DNA of 64,000 nucleotides from Octopus vulgaris (GCA_951406725.2 OX597841.1:15314001-15378000); one strand, 5' to 3'. Counted from the first letter of the stretch, positions 1-15,337 are shown. Translations and numbers: made by a program. The notes: a model not told the origin generated them from the letters alone.

Positions 1-255
1 AGTGAAAGTGAAAGAGAGAGAGAGAGAATACAAAGAAAGGAAAGAAAGAAGGAAGGAAAGAAAGAAAGAAAGGAAAGGAAGGAAGGAAGGAAGGAAGGAA
101 AGGAAGAAATAGATGAATGCTGTTTAGTTCCAGACGCTATCTTTTGATTATTTTCGAGAAACAATTTTTTTTTTTGCCTTTCACGAAATAAAATTGATGA
201 ATGCCAACTTCCACGGCACCTTCATTTTTCTTTCGAAATTTAAAAAAAAACAAAC

Positions 256-960
<705 letters not shown>

Positions 961-1089
961 TTATTCTTCTTTATTTTATTTACTAACTGACCCATCAGGC
1001 AAGTCTGGGATTAGCGAGCGTGAAATTATAAAAAAAAAAAAATAAGAAAGAGAAAAAAGAAATGAAAAAAACTAAAAATAAAAAAATTA

Positions 1090-1145
<56 letters not shown>

Positions 1146-1509
1146 TAAAATACCGACAGAGAGAGAAACCGCCATTACTGACGATGCACGCTTGCTTACC
1201 AGACGTAAATAATTCTTGAGAAAAATTTTAAAAAAAGCACACACACGAACACACACATACATGCACACACATACACAGGCAAACATTTTTTATATATTAA
1301 AATGTATTTTTATATTTACCTTTAAAATTTAAAGCAAATTTTAGTGGTTTTTTTTACGATTGTTTTGGGGGTTTTTTTTGTTCCGAGAATAATGTTTCTT
1401 TTATAGCTTAAGCCGTCAAAAGTCAGGATTTCAATTTTAAACAGTAAATATAGACTGCAGAACGGTGGAGTGAGCCACGTGGTGCCGGGTTCAAAGCCAC
1501 TGCGTGGAA

Positions 1510-1722
1510 CCTTATCTTATCTTATCTTATCTTCTTATCTTATCTAGTTTCAGCTCACGAGCTGTGGCTATGCTGGGGCACCGCCATTTGGTGTTGCTAC
1601 ATGGTTTTACTTCACGAATGCTTTTTAGCAATTGCCATTTGGTGCATGAGAGAGTTCGATGCAGCTGCCCTCATCTGCACCTCCTGCCGTGAAGTTGGTT
1701 CATCTGGGACACCTGACAGGAA
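1510..1722 (-). mobile_element. 3' end fragment of CR1-group LINE (same family as 63240-63575) with (TAAGA)n tail
   Basis: Near-identical to 63245-63425; minus strand encodes ...SGVPDEPTSRQEVQMRAAASNSL. Confidence 0.75.
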
Positions 1723-1907
1723 GTATTTCCTAATATAGATTGACCGAAGTTCTTGTGAGTGAATTTGAAAGACGGAAACTGAAAGAAGCCCGGAAATTCA
1801 CAGCCTTGGCATCCATTTTGAAATGCTCCCTGCTACAAGCATGGGATTCCTCGTTCTCTGATTCGGCGCGGAAGGGTCCTTACGATGTAAAAGCACCCCA
1901 AGGAAAA

Positions 1908-2210
1908 AATGGCCTAGTGGTTAGAGAAGCGGACTCGCGGTCGAGGGATCGAGAGTTCGAATCTCAAACCGGATGATGTGTGTGTTTATGAGCGAAACAC
2001 CTAAGCTCCATGCAGCTCCGGCAGAAGGTAATGGCGAAACTTCTACTGACTCTTTCGCCACCACTTTCTCTCACTCTTTCCTCCTGCATCTTGCAGCTCA
2101 CCTGCGATGGACCGGCGTCCCGTCCAGGTGGGGAACCTATACGCCAAGGAAACCGAAAAACCGGCTCTAATGAGCCAGGCATAGCCCGAGAAGGAACAAA
2201 CAAGGAACAA
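1908..2210 (+). mobile_element. tRNA-derived SINE, family C (tRNA-Arg-like head)
   Basis: A-box TGGCCTAGTGG and B-box-like AGTTCGAATC; head shared with 33884, 35073 and 56852. Confidence 0.7.
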
Positions 2211-2219
2211 AAATTCTCT

Positions 2220-2445
2220 GTTGCCGCTCTTTTGGACCAGATGAACTGGACTGAGGGAGATAACTCGTCCTCGCTGACCCCGGAGTATTTATTTTTTGAT
2301 GACTTGCTGATCATATGATCACAACGGATTCTTGTTTCCCAGCGGTGAAGAGTTACATGTATCCCCAGCTTTAGAATCTGGGTAAACATCTATGGGGCTA
2401 AGGCTTTTGTGAATGCGAAACCATTGGTCACTCTATGACCGGACA
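2220..2445 (-). pseudogene. possible degenerate reverse-transcriptase fragment (DIRS-like)
   Basis: Minus-strand translation LAP*MFTQILKLGIHVTLHRWETRIRCDHMI weakly resembles the APxxFTKxL...LRxxGxR...YLDD region; the catalytic motif is not intact. Confidence 0.25.
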
Positions 2446-2758
2446 TAGTCTTCACTAAAATAATTATACAGATATGTGTGTGTGTCTGGGTGTGGGTGTG
2501 TACGTGTATGTATGTGTGTATGAGTACATATATACACACACACGCGTATATAATATATATATATAACCCATTCACCCAGACTTTATATATATATAAATGA
2601 AAGAAAAACGCAATAGAGGACGTTAGATCGATAGAAAGGCGGACAAGAGAAACAATTAGAAGGTGAGGCAAAAAAAGACGGAGCACTCGTGGCCTTCTTT
2701 CCTCAGTCAAGTCTCAGACGTCACAACCATTTCGGGCAGTTGCACTTGAATATATATA

Positions 2759-3280
2759 TATCTAATGTAGGATAAAATTTTTTCGAAAACAAATTTTATC
2801 AATGGCCAGCATATTTAAAAATACCTTTAAAGGTTAAATTATAAACAACTTATAAATAAGGGCTAACGAAAAAATTTCTAATGCGAAATATGCCGAAAAT
2901 TGGACATATTGTCCATTTACCATATAATTTTTCTCTCAGTACGTACGCTACTCGAAAAGGGTTGACAGAAACCTCTACAAAATTCCATTATTACCATATC
3001 GGACCGATTTCAGGGTTAGTTAAAAAAGAACCCTCCCTTCGTCAGTGATACATGTGGCAAATAAGTAAATGAGATACTTACTCATACCCATGGAAGAAGC
3101 AAACACTAAGTTGTGAGCACAACTAAGTACCCCAAATAAATCCAAAATAGAAATACTCCAGCCCATTCAAGACACGTGCAATTTGAACTGAGGCACTCAC
3201 AGAGTGGGAGAGTCCGGAAGTGAACACTATTAAATTTATATCTAATGTAGGATAACATTCTTTCGTAAAAATTAAAAAAT
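2759..3280 (-). mobile_element. (TA)n-tailed non-coding element with HHR, about 480-nt unit with terminal redundancy (Penelope pLTR/retrozyme-like)
   Basis: TCTAATGTAGGATAA occurs at 2761 and 3241; HHR at 2996-3051; abuts (TA)n at 2750-2760. Confidence 0.65.
2996..3051 (-). ncRNA. minimal type-I hammerhead ribozyme motif
   Basis: Minus strand: GUAUCA CUGACGA AGGG...CCCU GAAA UCG GUC CGAUAU. Stem II is AGGG/CCCU; stem I has one mismatch. Confidence 0.7.
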
Positions 3281-3347
3281 ATATATAAATGTGCCCCAGC
3301 ATGGCCACAGCTCAATGAGCTGAAACTAAAATCAATCAATCAATCAA

Positions 3348-3600
3348 TAACCATGTCTGGATATGTAACTATATGCATGAGAATACTTACATAAAACGAA
3401 ACATACAATACTGCACACATACATACATACATACATACATACATACATACATACATACATAGAAACCAACAAAATACCCTGTTGTTGATGTTGAAATTCC
3501 AATGAAGGAGACTTGGATCTAGGTTAGAAACCGGTTCTTTCTCTATTGGCAAGAAATCTTGAAATAAAACTGAACAATAACTCACATACATACATACATA
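3348..3600 (+). mobile_element. 3' UTR of R4/Dong-like element ending in (TACA)n
   Basis: ACCATGTCTGGATATG matches the sequence after the RLE ORF end at about 7644; AATAAA and a (TACA)n tail follow. Confidence 0.55.
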
Positions 3601-4183
3601 CAGACCAAAGTATGGCCGAACTTGAGTTCTTAAGAAGAAGAGCGCAACTCCTTAAATTATACACTACAAATGACGAAGATATGTGGCACAATAAGTATCT
3701 GTAAGTCTTTTTTAAGAGTTAAATGATGATAAAGAAAACAAGATGCTTTACTTTACATAACTTGCTTCCAAGTAGGAGTCCGGTCAAGATCTATTCTAAA
3801 TTAAATAAAAAAGAAAGAGAGCAAAGCACATACACGCATATATACACACATACATACATACATACATACATGCATACATACATACGTACATACATACATA
3901 CACATTAGGTGTGCTTACATGTTTAGTCAAAAGATGAGGCGATCTGCTATTCCACAAACGAAGTCGATAAATTTAGAATGAAGAATTTATTAATTTTCTT
4001 TACTGATATTATATATTTTTTCTTTTTAAATAGATACGATATCATACGTGTTATAACACGTTTCAATATTCGAGATAGATCTTGAGAAATTCAGAAGTGC
4101 TGATAAAATTTCACTGAAAGTATGATGAAAGAAAACGAGAATAAATTTGGCAAAAAATCCATAATCAAAAGAAAGCAGTAAGA

Positions 4184-4229
<46 letters not shown>

Positions 4230-4300
4230 TATACACACATATACAAATATATATGTACTTGTTTGTGTGTATATATATATATATATATATACATATATAT

Positions 4301-4351
<51 letters not shown>

Positions 4352-4481
4352 TATTTATATCTATATATATAATACATATACAGATATATATATATATATA
4401 TATTGGTATATGTATGTGTATGCACACACACACACACATACACACATACACACACATACACACATGTATATATCTACATAT

Positions 4482-4820
4482 GTGGGAAATTCTGTCTGTG
4501 GGGTTGTTAGCTAAGTCATCCTACATCATTTTATCGATTTTGATGTAAATTGACACATGAGTAGAACTTACGTCTAGAAAACTCATTGCATATTCAGATT
4601 GTTGTTGAAAAAAAATTGATAATAGGGACCCTGGAAGGGATCCTTATGTATATCTGATATATTTCGTATTAATAGCCAAGAGAAATAACCCATTCACCCA
4701 GACTTTAGCAGTCAAGGGAAAAAAACCCATTCATTTTCCTAAATCATTTGGTATAAATCAAATTGAGAATGCTTATTTCTCAGTATTTGATCTGCTAGAG
4801 CTATTTTCAATAATATCCAG
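4482..4820 (+). mobile_element. non-autonomous DNA element, possibly Helitron/Helentron-like; inverted sibling at 10900-11131
   Basis: GTGGGAAATTCTGTCT...ATCGATTTTGATG..TTGACAC.TGAGTAGAA...GATAATAG..CCCTG is shared with the reverse complement of 11000-11131. Confidence 0.45.
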
Positions 4821-4871
4821 TACACTGTTCATTATTTACATTATTTACATTTGACGAATGTAAATAATGTT

Positions 4872-4917
4872 AACACAATTTTTCGGCTGATATACCCTCC
4901 AGCCTTCTTCAGGTGTC
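4872..4917 (-). ncRNA. minimal HHR motif (CUGAAGAA core)
   Basis: Minus strand: GACAC CUGAAGAA GGCUG gagggUAUAU CAGCC GAAA AAUU GUGUU. Stems I and II pair. Confidence 0.65.
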
Positions 4918-4983
4918 TTGGGGAAATTTCAACCTGGATTCTCATTCCTTAGGTATATATATATATACTTGCATTTATATATG

Positions 4984-5166
<183 letters not shown>

Positions 5167-5181
5167 TATATACATATATAT

Positions 5182-5926
5182 ATCGAGCAAATCGATACCA
5201 GGACTTATTCTTTGTAAGCCTAGTACTTATTCTATCGGTCTCTTTTGCCGAACCGCTAAGTTATGGGGACGTAAACGCACCAGCATCGGTTGTGAAGCGA
5301 TGTTGGAGAGACAAACACACACACAAATACCATACCCGCATGGTTCATGGTCTCAAAAATTTGTCCTACCAAGAAAGTCTGAGGACGCTCGACCTTTATT
5401 CTCTTGAAAAACGCCGCCGCCGTGGTGATCTCATTCTCGCCCACAACATCATAAGCGGAAAGTGTAACCTCTCGAAAGAGCTGTTCTTCACTCCTGCTCC
5501 AGAGCGTCGGCTGCGGGGTCATTCCGAAACGCTCTACCTGCGACGATTTCATCTCAATCGAAGGAGAGGAGCTTTCTCCGTCCGGGTTGCGGATCCGTGG
5601 AACAAGCTGCCAGACGAGATGGTGAAGATGCCGACGACCGCTTTGTTCAAAGTCTCCCTGGACCTCAAGTGGCCTGAACTCTTTACATGAACACCACCCT
5701 GTACTTAACTCCATGTCCCCCTACATGGCCTTGCTATTTGCTTTTGAGCCAAATTAACTAACTAACCAACTAACATGTATATGTATATGACGGACGTCTT
5801 TCAGTTTCCGTCTACCAAATCCACTCACAAGGCTTTGGTCGGCCCGAGGCTATAGTAGAAGACACTTGCCCAAGATGCCACGCAGTGGGACTGTACCTGG
5901 AACCATGTGGTTGGGAAGCAACCTTA
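5182..5926 (-). mobile_element. tRNA-derived SINE family A, interrupted by a CR1-like LINE insertion
   Basis: The SINE 3' half (5182-5330) and 5' half (5790-5926) flank the LINE fragment. Confidence 0.8.
5331..5774 (+). pseudogene. 5'-truncated CR1/L2-group LINE: ORF2 C-terminus, 3' UTR and (AACT)n tail
   Basis: [34 protein letters not shown]...RGH...[13 protein letters not shown]...FKVSLD is the typical CR1 ORF2 tail. Confidence 0.9.
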
Positions 5927-6014
5927 TATACGAGTATGTCTGTGTGTGTGAGTGTATAGTGTTTGTGCATTTGTGTTTATATGTGTGAGTATTAGTTTCT
6001 ACGGCAGTGTAATT

Positions 6015-6370
6015 AAACCACATGGTTCCGGGTTCGGTCCCACTACCTGGCACCTTGGGCAAGTGTCTTCTACTATAGCCTCAGGCCGACCAAAGACTTG
6101 TTAGTGGATCTTGTAGATGGAAACTGAAAGAAGCCCGTCGTATATACATATTTATGTATATGTCTGTGTGTCTGTGTTTGTCCCCCAGCATTGACAACCA
6201 ATGTGGGTGTGTTTACGTTTCTGCAACTTAGCGGTTTGGCGAAAGAATCGATAGAATAAGTACTAGGCTTACAAAGAATAAGTCCTAGGGTCGATGATTT
6301 GTTCGACTAAAGGCGGTGCTGCAGCATGGCCGCTGTCAAATGACTGAAAGAAATAAAAGAATAAAAAGAA
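6015..6370 (+). mobile_element. SINE family A
   Basis: B-box GGTTCGGTCCC, CCTTGGGCAAGTGTC, and GGCGGTGCTGCAGCATGGCCG tail. Confidence 0.8.
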
Positions 6371-6953
6371 CAGAATGTGTGTGTGTGGGTGTGTATCTAT
6401 GCATGTGAATATGTGTCAGTATGTGTGGCTATGTATCTATGTATGTGTATATGTGTGTATATGTGTGTATATGTGTGTATATGCGTGTATATGCGTGTGT
6501 ATGCGTGTGTATGCGTGTCGGTGCGTAGAACAAACGAGTTCATGAGTCATAAACGTATCATACGCGTTTGATCTTTCATACGCTTTTAATACACACACAC
6601 ACACACACACACAAACGCGTGCACACACACACACACACACACACACGCGCGCGCACACATACACACACGCACGAACACATCCAACCCCCATAGACGGGCG
6701 CGTCAGGTCATACACACACATATATATATATACACACACACGCATACACATATATATATTTATAGCTTTCTATATCTACTTTATCTTAATTAATTATATT
6801 GATATATACACACACACAAACACACACACAAACACACACAAACACACACACGCACACACACACACATATTTATATACGTATATACACTCACTGTTCTACA
6901 TTTTACCATATCGATAAAAAGGCGAGAAAGTATTGATGTACGCACAAACGATA

Positions 6954-7050
<97 letters not shown>

Positions 7051-7180
7051 TACACACTCACATATATATGTGTATGTGTGGGCGGCGTGCACATGTGAGG
7101 TGGGTTGTATGAGAAAAGAGAACAAGGTTTTAAATAAATATAGATATAATGATATATATATGTATATATATATATACATG

Positions 7181-7264
<84 letters not shown>

Positions 7265-7485
7265 ATGTATATATATATATATATACACATACATACATGC
7301 ATATATATGTGTGTGTGTGTGTGTGTGTTCGTTTATATGTAAATGTTTGAATGTATATAATCACTCATATATGTATGGTATCTGTGTGGATATATGTGGA
7401 TATGCGCATGTGTATGAGTCTGTCACGTGTAATAGAGGTTACGGTAAGTACATACATACATGCATGCATACATACATACATACAT

Positions 7486-7670
7486 AGGGATATGTAACAC
7501 ACTGCCTAAATACCAATCTTGAGAAATTAGGCTTCTCGAAACCAGAAAGGAGAAAGCTAATTCAAAGACTAGAGATCCAATCCATCAGTGGAACTGTAAA
7601 AATCCGTAAAACTTTCCAGAAGTTTATCATTTAAATATAAATGACCATGTCTAGATATGCAAGTATATGA
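7486..7670 (+). pseudogene. R4/Dong-like RLE C-terminal fragment inserted in (TACA)n
   Basis: GYVTHCLNTNLEKLGFSKPERRKLIQRLEIQSISGTVKI; overlaps the peptide at 27110-27305. Confidence 0.65.
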
Positions 7671-8110
7671 CTTGCACGTGCACGTGACTTTCACGAACGG
7701 GATTTTCTTTGGATCGGATCAGTTGGTAAACACATCGTGGTAAGCGACGGAATGTCATTTTTTTTATATATAAAACAAACAAACACACACACACACACAC
7801 ACGCGCTTTTCGCTCTCTAACACATACATGTTTCTGCAGGCCTATTTCTTTGTAATATTAATTCTGTGTAAATCTCAAACCTAATAATATGTTTGGCAAT
7901 ATCGAACTGCGGACAATGCTTTACTATTGCATTCTTACACAAACATATACTTCTGTATACGTACGTGTGTATGTATATATATATATATATGTATACATAT
8001 GTATATAGGTCAATAATACCTATATTTATATACCTTTATCTTCATATATCACACACACACACACACACGCACATATATATGTGTATGTGTGTGTGTTCAC
8101 ACATATGCAA

Positions 8111-8147
<37 letters not shown>

Positions 8148-8279
8148 GATATATATGTATGTAAATATATAGATATATATGTATATATACATACACACAC
8201 ACACACACATATGTATATATATATGCCAACCCACCACCCTCCTCCTCAGTGAGTATGACTCACTGATCATCTGTAAACA

Positions 8280-8401
8280 TCATCTTCATCATCATCACCA
8301 TCATTACAATCATCATTACCACCACCACAACCATCATCACCATTATCATCATCATCCCCTTCATCATCATCATCACCATCATCACCATCATCACCACCAC
8401 C

Positions 8402-8467
<66 letters not shown>

Positions 8468-8561
8468 GTCATCATCACCATCATCACCACCACCAGCACC
8501 ACCACCACCATCATCATCATCATCACCATCATCATCATCATCCTCCCCTTCATCATCATCT

Positions 8562-8592
<31 letters not shown>

Positions 8593-8674
8593 CATCATCA
8601 CCATCATCATCACCATCATCATCATCCTCCCCTTCATCATCATCTTCATCATCATCACCATCATCACCACCACC

Positions 8675-8705
<31 letters not shown>

Positions 8706-8788
8706 CCATCATCATCACCATCATCATCATCATCCTCTCCTTCATCATCATCATCATCATCATCATCACCATCATCATCACCACCACC

Positions 8789-8819
<31 letters not shown>

Positions 8820-9108
8820 CCATCATCATCACCATCATCATCATCATCATCATCCCCTTCATCATCATCTTCATCATCATCACCATCATCATCACCACCA
8901 CCACCACCACCACCACCACCATCATCACCATCATCATCACCATCATCATCACCACTACCACTACCATCACAAGACCACCAGCATCTTCATCATCATCATC
9001 ATCATCGTCGTCATCATCATCACCACCACCATCACCATCATCACCACCACCATCACCACTACCACCATCACCATCATCATCATCATCATCACCATCATCC
9101 CCTTCATC

Positions 9109-9140
<32 letters not shown>

Positions 9141-9145
9141 CATCT
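8280..9145. repeat. (CAT/CAC)n with internal higher-order duplications
   Basis: Recurring CCCCTTCATCATCATCTT variant units. Confidence 0.9.
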
Positions 9146-9211
9146 GTAAACATTATCTTTGGATAAAAGCTAAACTGGAAATTTCTGCATGTCTGCGGAC
9201 TGAACACGTGC

Positions 9212-9245
<34 letters not shown>

Positions 9246-9589
9246 TAGACCAATTTTATCGATTGGCTTAACGTGAATTACCAATAACCGTGCACTGATT
9301 TGATCCCGTATCCGAGGATTATTAGCTAAGATGGACTTCAGTCTATCGATCGCCACCGCCGCCGCCGCCATCGTGGAAGTCGTCGTCTCCTCCCTTCCCC
9401 CTCCTCATCGGCTTCATGACCGCGTTGATAATGATGAGGTGTAGGAGGAGGATGGAGGATGGAGGAGGATAGAGATTATTTTCTTTGTCGTCATTGTTAT
9501 TGTTAATCCAACTCCAGCATCTGATGCATTCTCTCTTCTTCTTCTTCTTCCTCTTCCTCTTCCCCTTCCTCGTCGTCGCCACTATCGAA

Positions 9590-9675
9590 ATCATCATCAT
9601 CATCATCAACATCACTATCATCCCCACCTGCATCATCATCTTCATCGTCACCACCACCATCATCATCATCATCAT

Positions 9676-9707
<32 letters not shown>

Positions 9708-9870
9708 CCACCAACATCATCATCATCATCATCAACATCAACATCATCATCATCACCATCACCATCATCATCATCATCAACATCCTCCTCCTCCTCCTCG
9801 TTATCAACAACATCACCATCATCATCATCATCATCCTCATCATCATCATCATAAACATCTTCATCAGCTG

Positions 9871-9925
<55 letters not shown>

Positions 9926-10020
9926 ATCCTCCTCCTCCTCCTCCTCCTCCTCCTCGTTATCAACAACATCATCATCATCATCTTCATCATCATCATCATA
10001 AACATCTTCATCATCAGCTG

Positions 10021-10072
<52 letters not shown>

Positions 10073-10185
10073 ATCCTCCTCCTCCTCCTCCTCCTCGTTA
10101 TCAACAACATCATCATCATCATCATCTTCATCATCATCATCATAAACATCTTCATCAGCTGCATCATCATCATCATCATCTTCAT

Positions 10186-10216
<31 letters not shown>

Positions 10217-10325
10217 ATCCTCCTCCTCCTCCTCCTCCTCCTCGTTATCAACAACATCATCATCCTCATCATCATCATCATAAACATCTTCATCAGCTGC
10301 ATCATCATCATCACCATCATCATCA
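9590..10325. repeat. (CAT)n-based higher-order minisatellite, about 4 units of 140-150 bp
   Basis: The CAACATCCTCCTC..CGTTATCAACAAC...CATAAACATCTTCATCAGCTG unit repeats four times. Confidence 0.9.
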
Positions 10326-10330
10326 TGAAA

Positions 10331-10523
10331 TCGGTGAGCTGGCAGATTCGTTAGAGGTATTTCGTCCGTCTTTACGTTTTGAGTTCAAATTCCCCCGAGG
10401 TCGACTTTGCCTTTCATCCTTTCGGAGTCGCTATATTAAGTACCAGTTACGCACTGGGGGTCGATCTAATCGACTAGCGCCCTCCCCCGAAAATGTCGGC
10501 CTTGTGCCTAGAGTAGAAAAGAA
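10331..10523 (+). mobile_element. SINE family B (Nin/Deu-domain-like central region)
   Basis: GAGTTCAAATTCC and GGTCGACTTTGCCTTTCATCCTTTCGG; siblings at 15064 and 23482. Confidence 0.75.
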
Positions 10524-11149
10524 CTGTCTTCATCATCCGGAACCTCATCGTCACACAATGCCCTCGCTATCGTCATCAGCGTCATCACGACTCTGAGGTC
10601 TACCCCTGGTCACCCGTTCGCTGCTTAAATTCATTTTCTCTTTGTTGGTTCGGTGCCGACGCTCGGTGTTTCACGTCGATCTCACTGTGAATAGCTGTGT
10701 CTCCCTACGTGCTTAATCACACACGCACGGAGAATATTACCCTAAGAGGCGCTAGTGTTGGTATATTCGTGAATAATTCCCTACTCGAAATAAATGGATC
10801 TATTGTTTAGCAAACTACTATTTACTTGTTTAAGTGTTGTACTGAATAATTTGCGAAAATAACTCAATTTGATTTTTAACAAACAATTTAGGAAAATGAA
10901 TAGGCTATTTCCCTTGGCTATATATAAGGATCCCTTCAAGGGGGCGAATAGGGGTATTTCTATTGTATTTTTGAAATAAAATATATTATATATATATATA
11001 TGAGAATCCCTTTCAGGGGCTCTATTATCGATCTTTTCAACAATTTCAGTAAGCTTGAGGTTTCCAGACTTGATTTCTACTCACGTGTCAAGTTTCATCA
11101 AAATCGATACAACGATAGACAGAATTTCCCACATGTGTAGTAGTTATAT

Positions 11150-11303
11150 ATGGCGTGGCTGTATGGTAAGAAGCTTGCTTCCCAACCACCTGGTTCCAGG
11201 TTCAGTCCCACTGCGTGGTAGCTCGGGCAAGTGTCTTCTAGTATAGCCGCGGGCTGACCAAAGTCTAGTAAGTGGATTTGGTAGACGGAAACTGAAAGAC
11301 AGT

Positions 11304-11371
<68 letters not shown>

Positions 11372-11540
11372 GATATATGTGTATATACATGTGTATGTAT
11401 ATATATGTATTTGTGTGTTTGTGTTTCTTCCCGCACCATCGCTTGACAATCGATGTTGGTGTATCCTTGGGGCGATTTGTTCGACTAAAGGCGGTGCTCC
11501 AGCACGGCCGCAGTCAAATGGCTGAAACAAGTAAAAGAAT
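11150..11540 (+). mobile_element. SINE family A
   Basis: A-box TGGCTGTATGG, B-box GGTTCAGTCCC, internal TA/TG tract, family tail. Confidence 0.8.
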
Positions 11541-11565
11541 ATATATATATATATACATATATATG

Positions 11566-11631
<66 letters not shown>

Positions 11632-11634
<3 letters not shown>

Positions 11635-11796
11635 GATGGGCTTCTTTCAGTTTCCGTGTAACAAATCCTCTCACAGGCATTTGGTCGGCGCGACGCTATA
11701 ATAGTAGACACTAGGCCAAGGCGTCACGGAGTGGGTCTGAACCTGGAACCATGTGGTTGGGAAGCAAACTTCTTACTACTCAGCCACTCCTACGCC
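11632..11796 (-). mobile_element. SINE family A, 5' half
   Basis: Reverse complement of the family head. Confidence 0.75.
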
Positions 11797-11852
<56 letters not shown>

Positions 11853-12165
11853 ATATATATATATATACTAATATATATATATATGTTCGTTTGTGCATGC
11901 GCGCGTATCTGTGGATGTTCTTTGTTTTGACTAATAATTTCTTGGACAAGAAATTCATCCTTTGTTCAAGAATTTAAGTGGATATGACTCGTCTGTGTGT
12001 ATGTGTGTGTGTGTGTGTGTGTGTAGACAGCGATGGGTGGCCTTTGGTGTGTGTTTGAAGGACGGCGCGGGTTAGCGGACATCTAAGAGTCTTACGTCAG
12101 TCGCGTTCTGATACGAAGAAGTATACGTGTGACACACACACACACACACACACAAACACACACGT

Positions 12166-12204
<39 letters not shown>

Positions 12205-12315
12205 AATAGATGGGCGTATCTGAGTGAATATTTGTGTGTATGTTAATATATAACCATGGAGCTATAAGAATATATATTTCATTTCATGTACAAAGAACAC
12301 ACGTCTTGAGAAGTG

Positions 12316-12372
<57 letters not shown>

Positions 12373-12446
12373 CATACCTCCCTCTATCTGTCTCTGTGTC
12401 TGGTCTCTGTCACTCTATCTTCCCCCTGTCTTCACGCTATATTTCC

Positions 12447-12498
<52 letters not shown>

Positions 12499-12895
12499 GT
12501 ATGTATATATATATATGTATGTATGTATATATATATATGTATGTATGTATGTATGTATATGTATAAATATATATCTATATGTGAGTATTTCTGTGTGTAT
12601 GTGTGTGTGTGCGTTTGTGTGAGTGTATGTATATAGATAAGTATCTATGTAAATGTACACATGTGTGTATATAATTATGAATGTATATATAATATGTATA
12701 CACAAAGAAAGAAACCTTTGCTCACAAAATTACTCGTATTTTACTCAACAAAGGCAATTATGAGATATATATATATAACACATCGCTATATATACATACA
12801 TACACACATATACATATATATATATATATACATATATATGTATGTATATTATATTAATAGATATATACTCTATACATATATATTTATAGTTATAC

Positions 12896-12934
<39 letters not shown>

Positions 12935-12980
12935 TATTATATTAATAGATATATACTCTATACATATATATTTATAGTTT

Positions 12981-13038
<58 letters not shown>

Positions 13039-13204
13039 ATTTTTCTCTTCTCTTTCGTCTACTCCAACCACTCCTCTATATATGTGTGTTTGTGTGTGTG
13101 TGTGAGTGTAGGTGATTGAGTGTGTGTGAGTATGTGTATATGTATGTTCATATAAATACATATGTATTTTCAGGCATACTTATGTTTATATGTATATCTG
13201 CCGG

Positions 13205-13558
<354 letters not shown>

Positions 13559-14276
13559 AAGCTAGCTAGCTAGATAGATAGCCACATACAAACACGTACA
13601 TACAGATATGAGAGAGAGGAGAGGGAGAGAGAGTTTGTTTAGGTAATGTTGACATTTGACAACAAAGTCTCAAGCTGGGATGATAGAAACAAAGGTAGAC
13701 AACCTCACCATGGCCATCACTATCGACAGTACCAAGAAAACTAGCAGTACTGCAGCTGTTATCACCACCACCACCACCACCACCGATACTACCACCGCTA
13801 CCACCACCACCACCACCACCACCACCGATACCACCACCGCTACCACCACCACCACCACCACCGATATCACCATCATTACTATCACCATCACCACCACCAC
13901 CACCATCACAATTACTATCACCCGCGTCCCATACCACCGCCACCTCCATCACCACCACCACCACCACCACCACCATCACCAACATTAAAGCCACCAACAC
14001 AAGTACAATCATCATCATCAACGTCACCCCCCCCCACGAAGGTTAGCGATGACGTCATCGTCCGTCTCGTCTCCTCTCCCACCATTCTAATCGCATCTTT
14101 TTTTTTACCATTGTTGCTCCGCATCAGAAAAATATTCGCCCTGGCATGAACACCATCACATCCACTAATACCGCCACCACCACCACCACCACCACCGCTG
14201 CCACCACCACCATCACTTTTAATAGCCCGAGTACCACTACGACTACTACCACCACCACCAACAAGAACAACAACAA

Positions 14277-14329
<53 letters not shown>

Positions 14330-14338
14330 ATACTGCTG

Positions 14339-14379
<41 letters not shown>

Positions 14380-14653
14380 GCTGCTTCTACTACTACTACT
14401 ACAACTACAACCATCATTACCACTACTACTACCACCGCTACTACTACTAATGCAACTACTTCTACTTCTACTACTAATTACCACCACCATCACCACTGCT
14501 GCTACTAGAAATACTACTACAACTACCACCCCATACATACATACATACATACATATCATTAAAAAAACGGAGAAAAAGACAAGAAAAAACAACCCGAAGA
14601 CGTAGCACATGCGAAGAATGAATAAGACGCTCAGAGAAGGAAAAAGAGTGGTT

Positions 14654-14688
14654 GTTTTAAGATTCGAGCATAGCTCCGCTTCGGAAAC
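14654..14688 (-). ncRNA. degenerate HHR-like motif (relative of 15303 and 47422)
   Basis: Minus strand: GUUU CCGAAGCG GAGC UAU GCUC GAAU CUUA AAAC. Stems are retained; the core has decayed. Confidence 0.35.
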
Positions 14689-15063
14689 AGGAGGCATAGG
14701 AGAATCCAAAGCAAAAGGAAGAAAAAAATATCGGTTGTCAAGCGATCGGTTGTGGCGGTAGGACTGAACCCGGAACAATGTGGTTGGTTAACAAGCTTCT
14801 TAGAACACGGCCAATCCAGCGCTTGTATTTCGAAAGCATTCAATACGTACTTTTCTATACACATATACACGCTTACATTTCAGTAAGTGTGTATATGTGT
14901 ATATGTATACATACATTTGCGTGTGCGTACATTTACACATACATCTATCTATCTATTTATCTATCTATCTGTCTATCTATCCATCCATCCGTCTATCTAT
15001 GTATCTATCTGTCTGTTTGTCTATTTATCTATCTACCTATCTATCTATCTGTCTGTCTGTCTA

Positions 15064-15285
15064 TCTGGCAGAAACGTTAGCGCGCCGGGCGAAATGCTTA
15101 GCGGTATTTCGTCTGTCGTTACATCCTGAGGTCAAATTCCGCCGAGGTCGACTTTGCCTTTCATCCTTTCGGGGTCGAATAAATAAAGTACCAGTTTCGC
15201 ACTGGGGTCGATGTAATCCATTTAATCCCTTTGTCTGTCCTTGTTTTTCCCCTCTATGTTTGGCCCCTTCTGGGTAGTAAAGAAA
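15064..15285 (+). mobile_element. SINE family B
   Basis: Same as 10331. Confidence 0.75.
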
Positions 15286-15302
15286 CATATCTATCTATCT
15301 AT

Positions 15303-15337
15303 GTTTCCGACGAAGAGCTCCGCTCGAAACGTTAAAC
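15303..15337 (+). ncRNA. minimal HHR motif, U4C variant
   Basis: GUUU CCGACGAA GAGC UCC GCUC GAAACGUU AAAC; identical copy at 47422. Confidence 0.55.
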
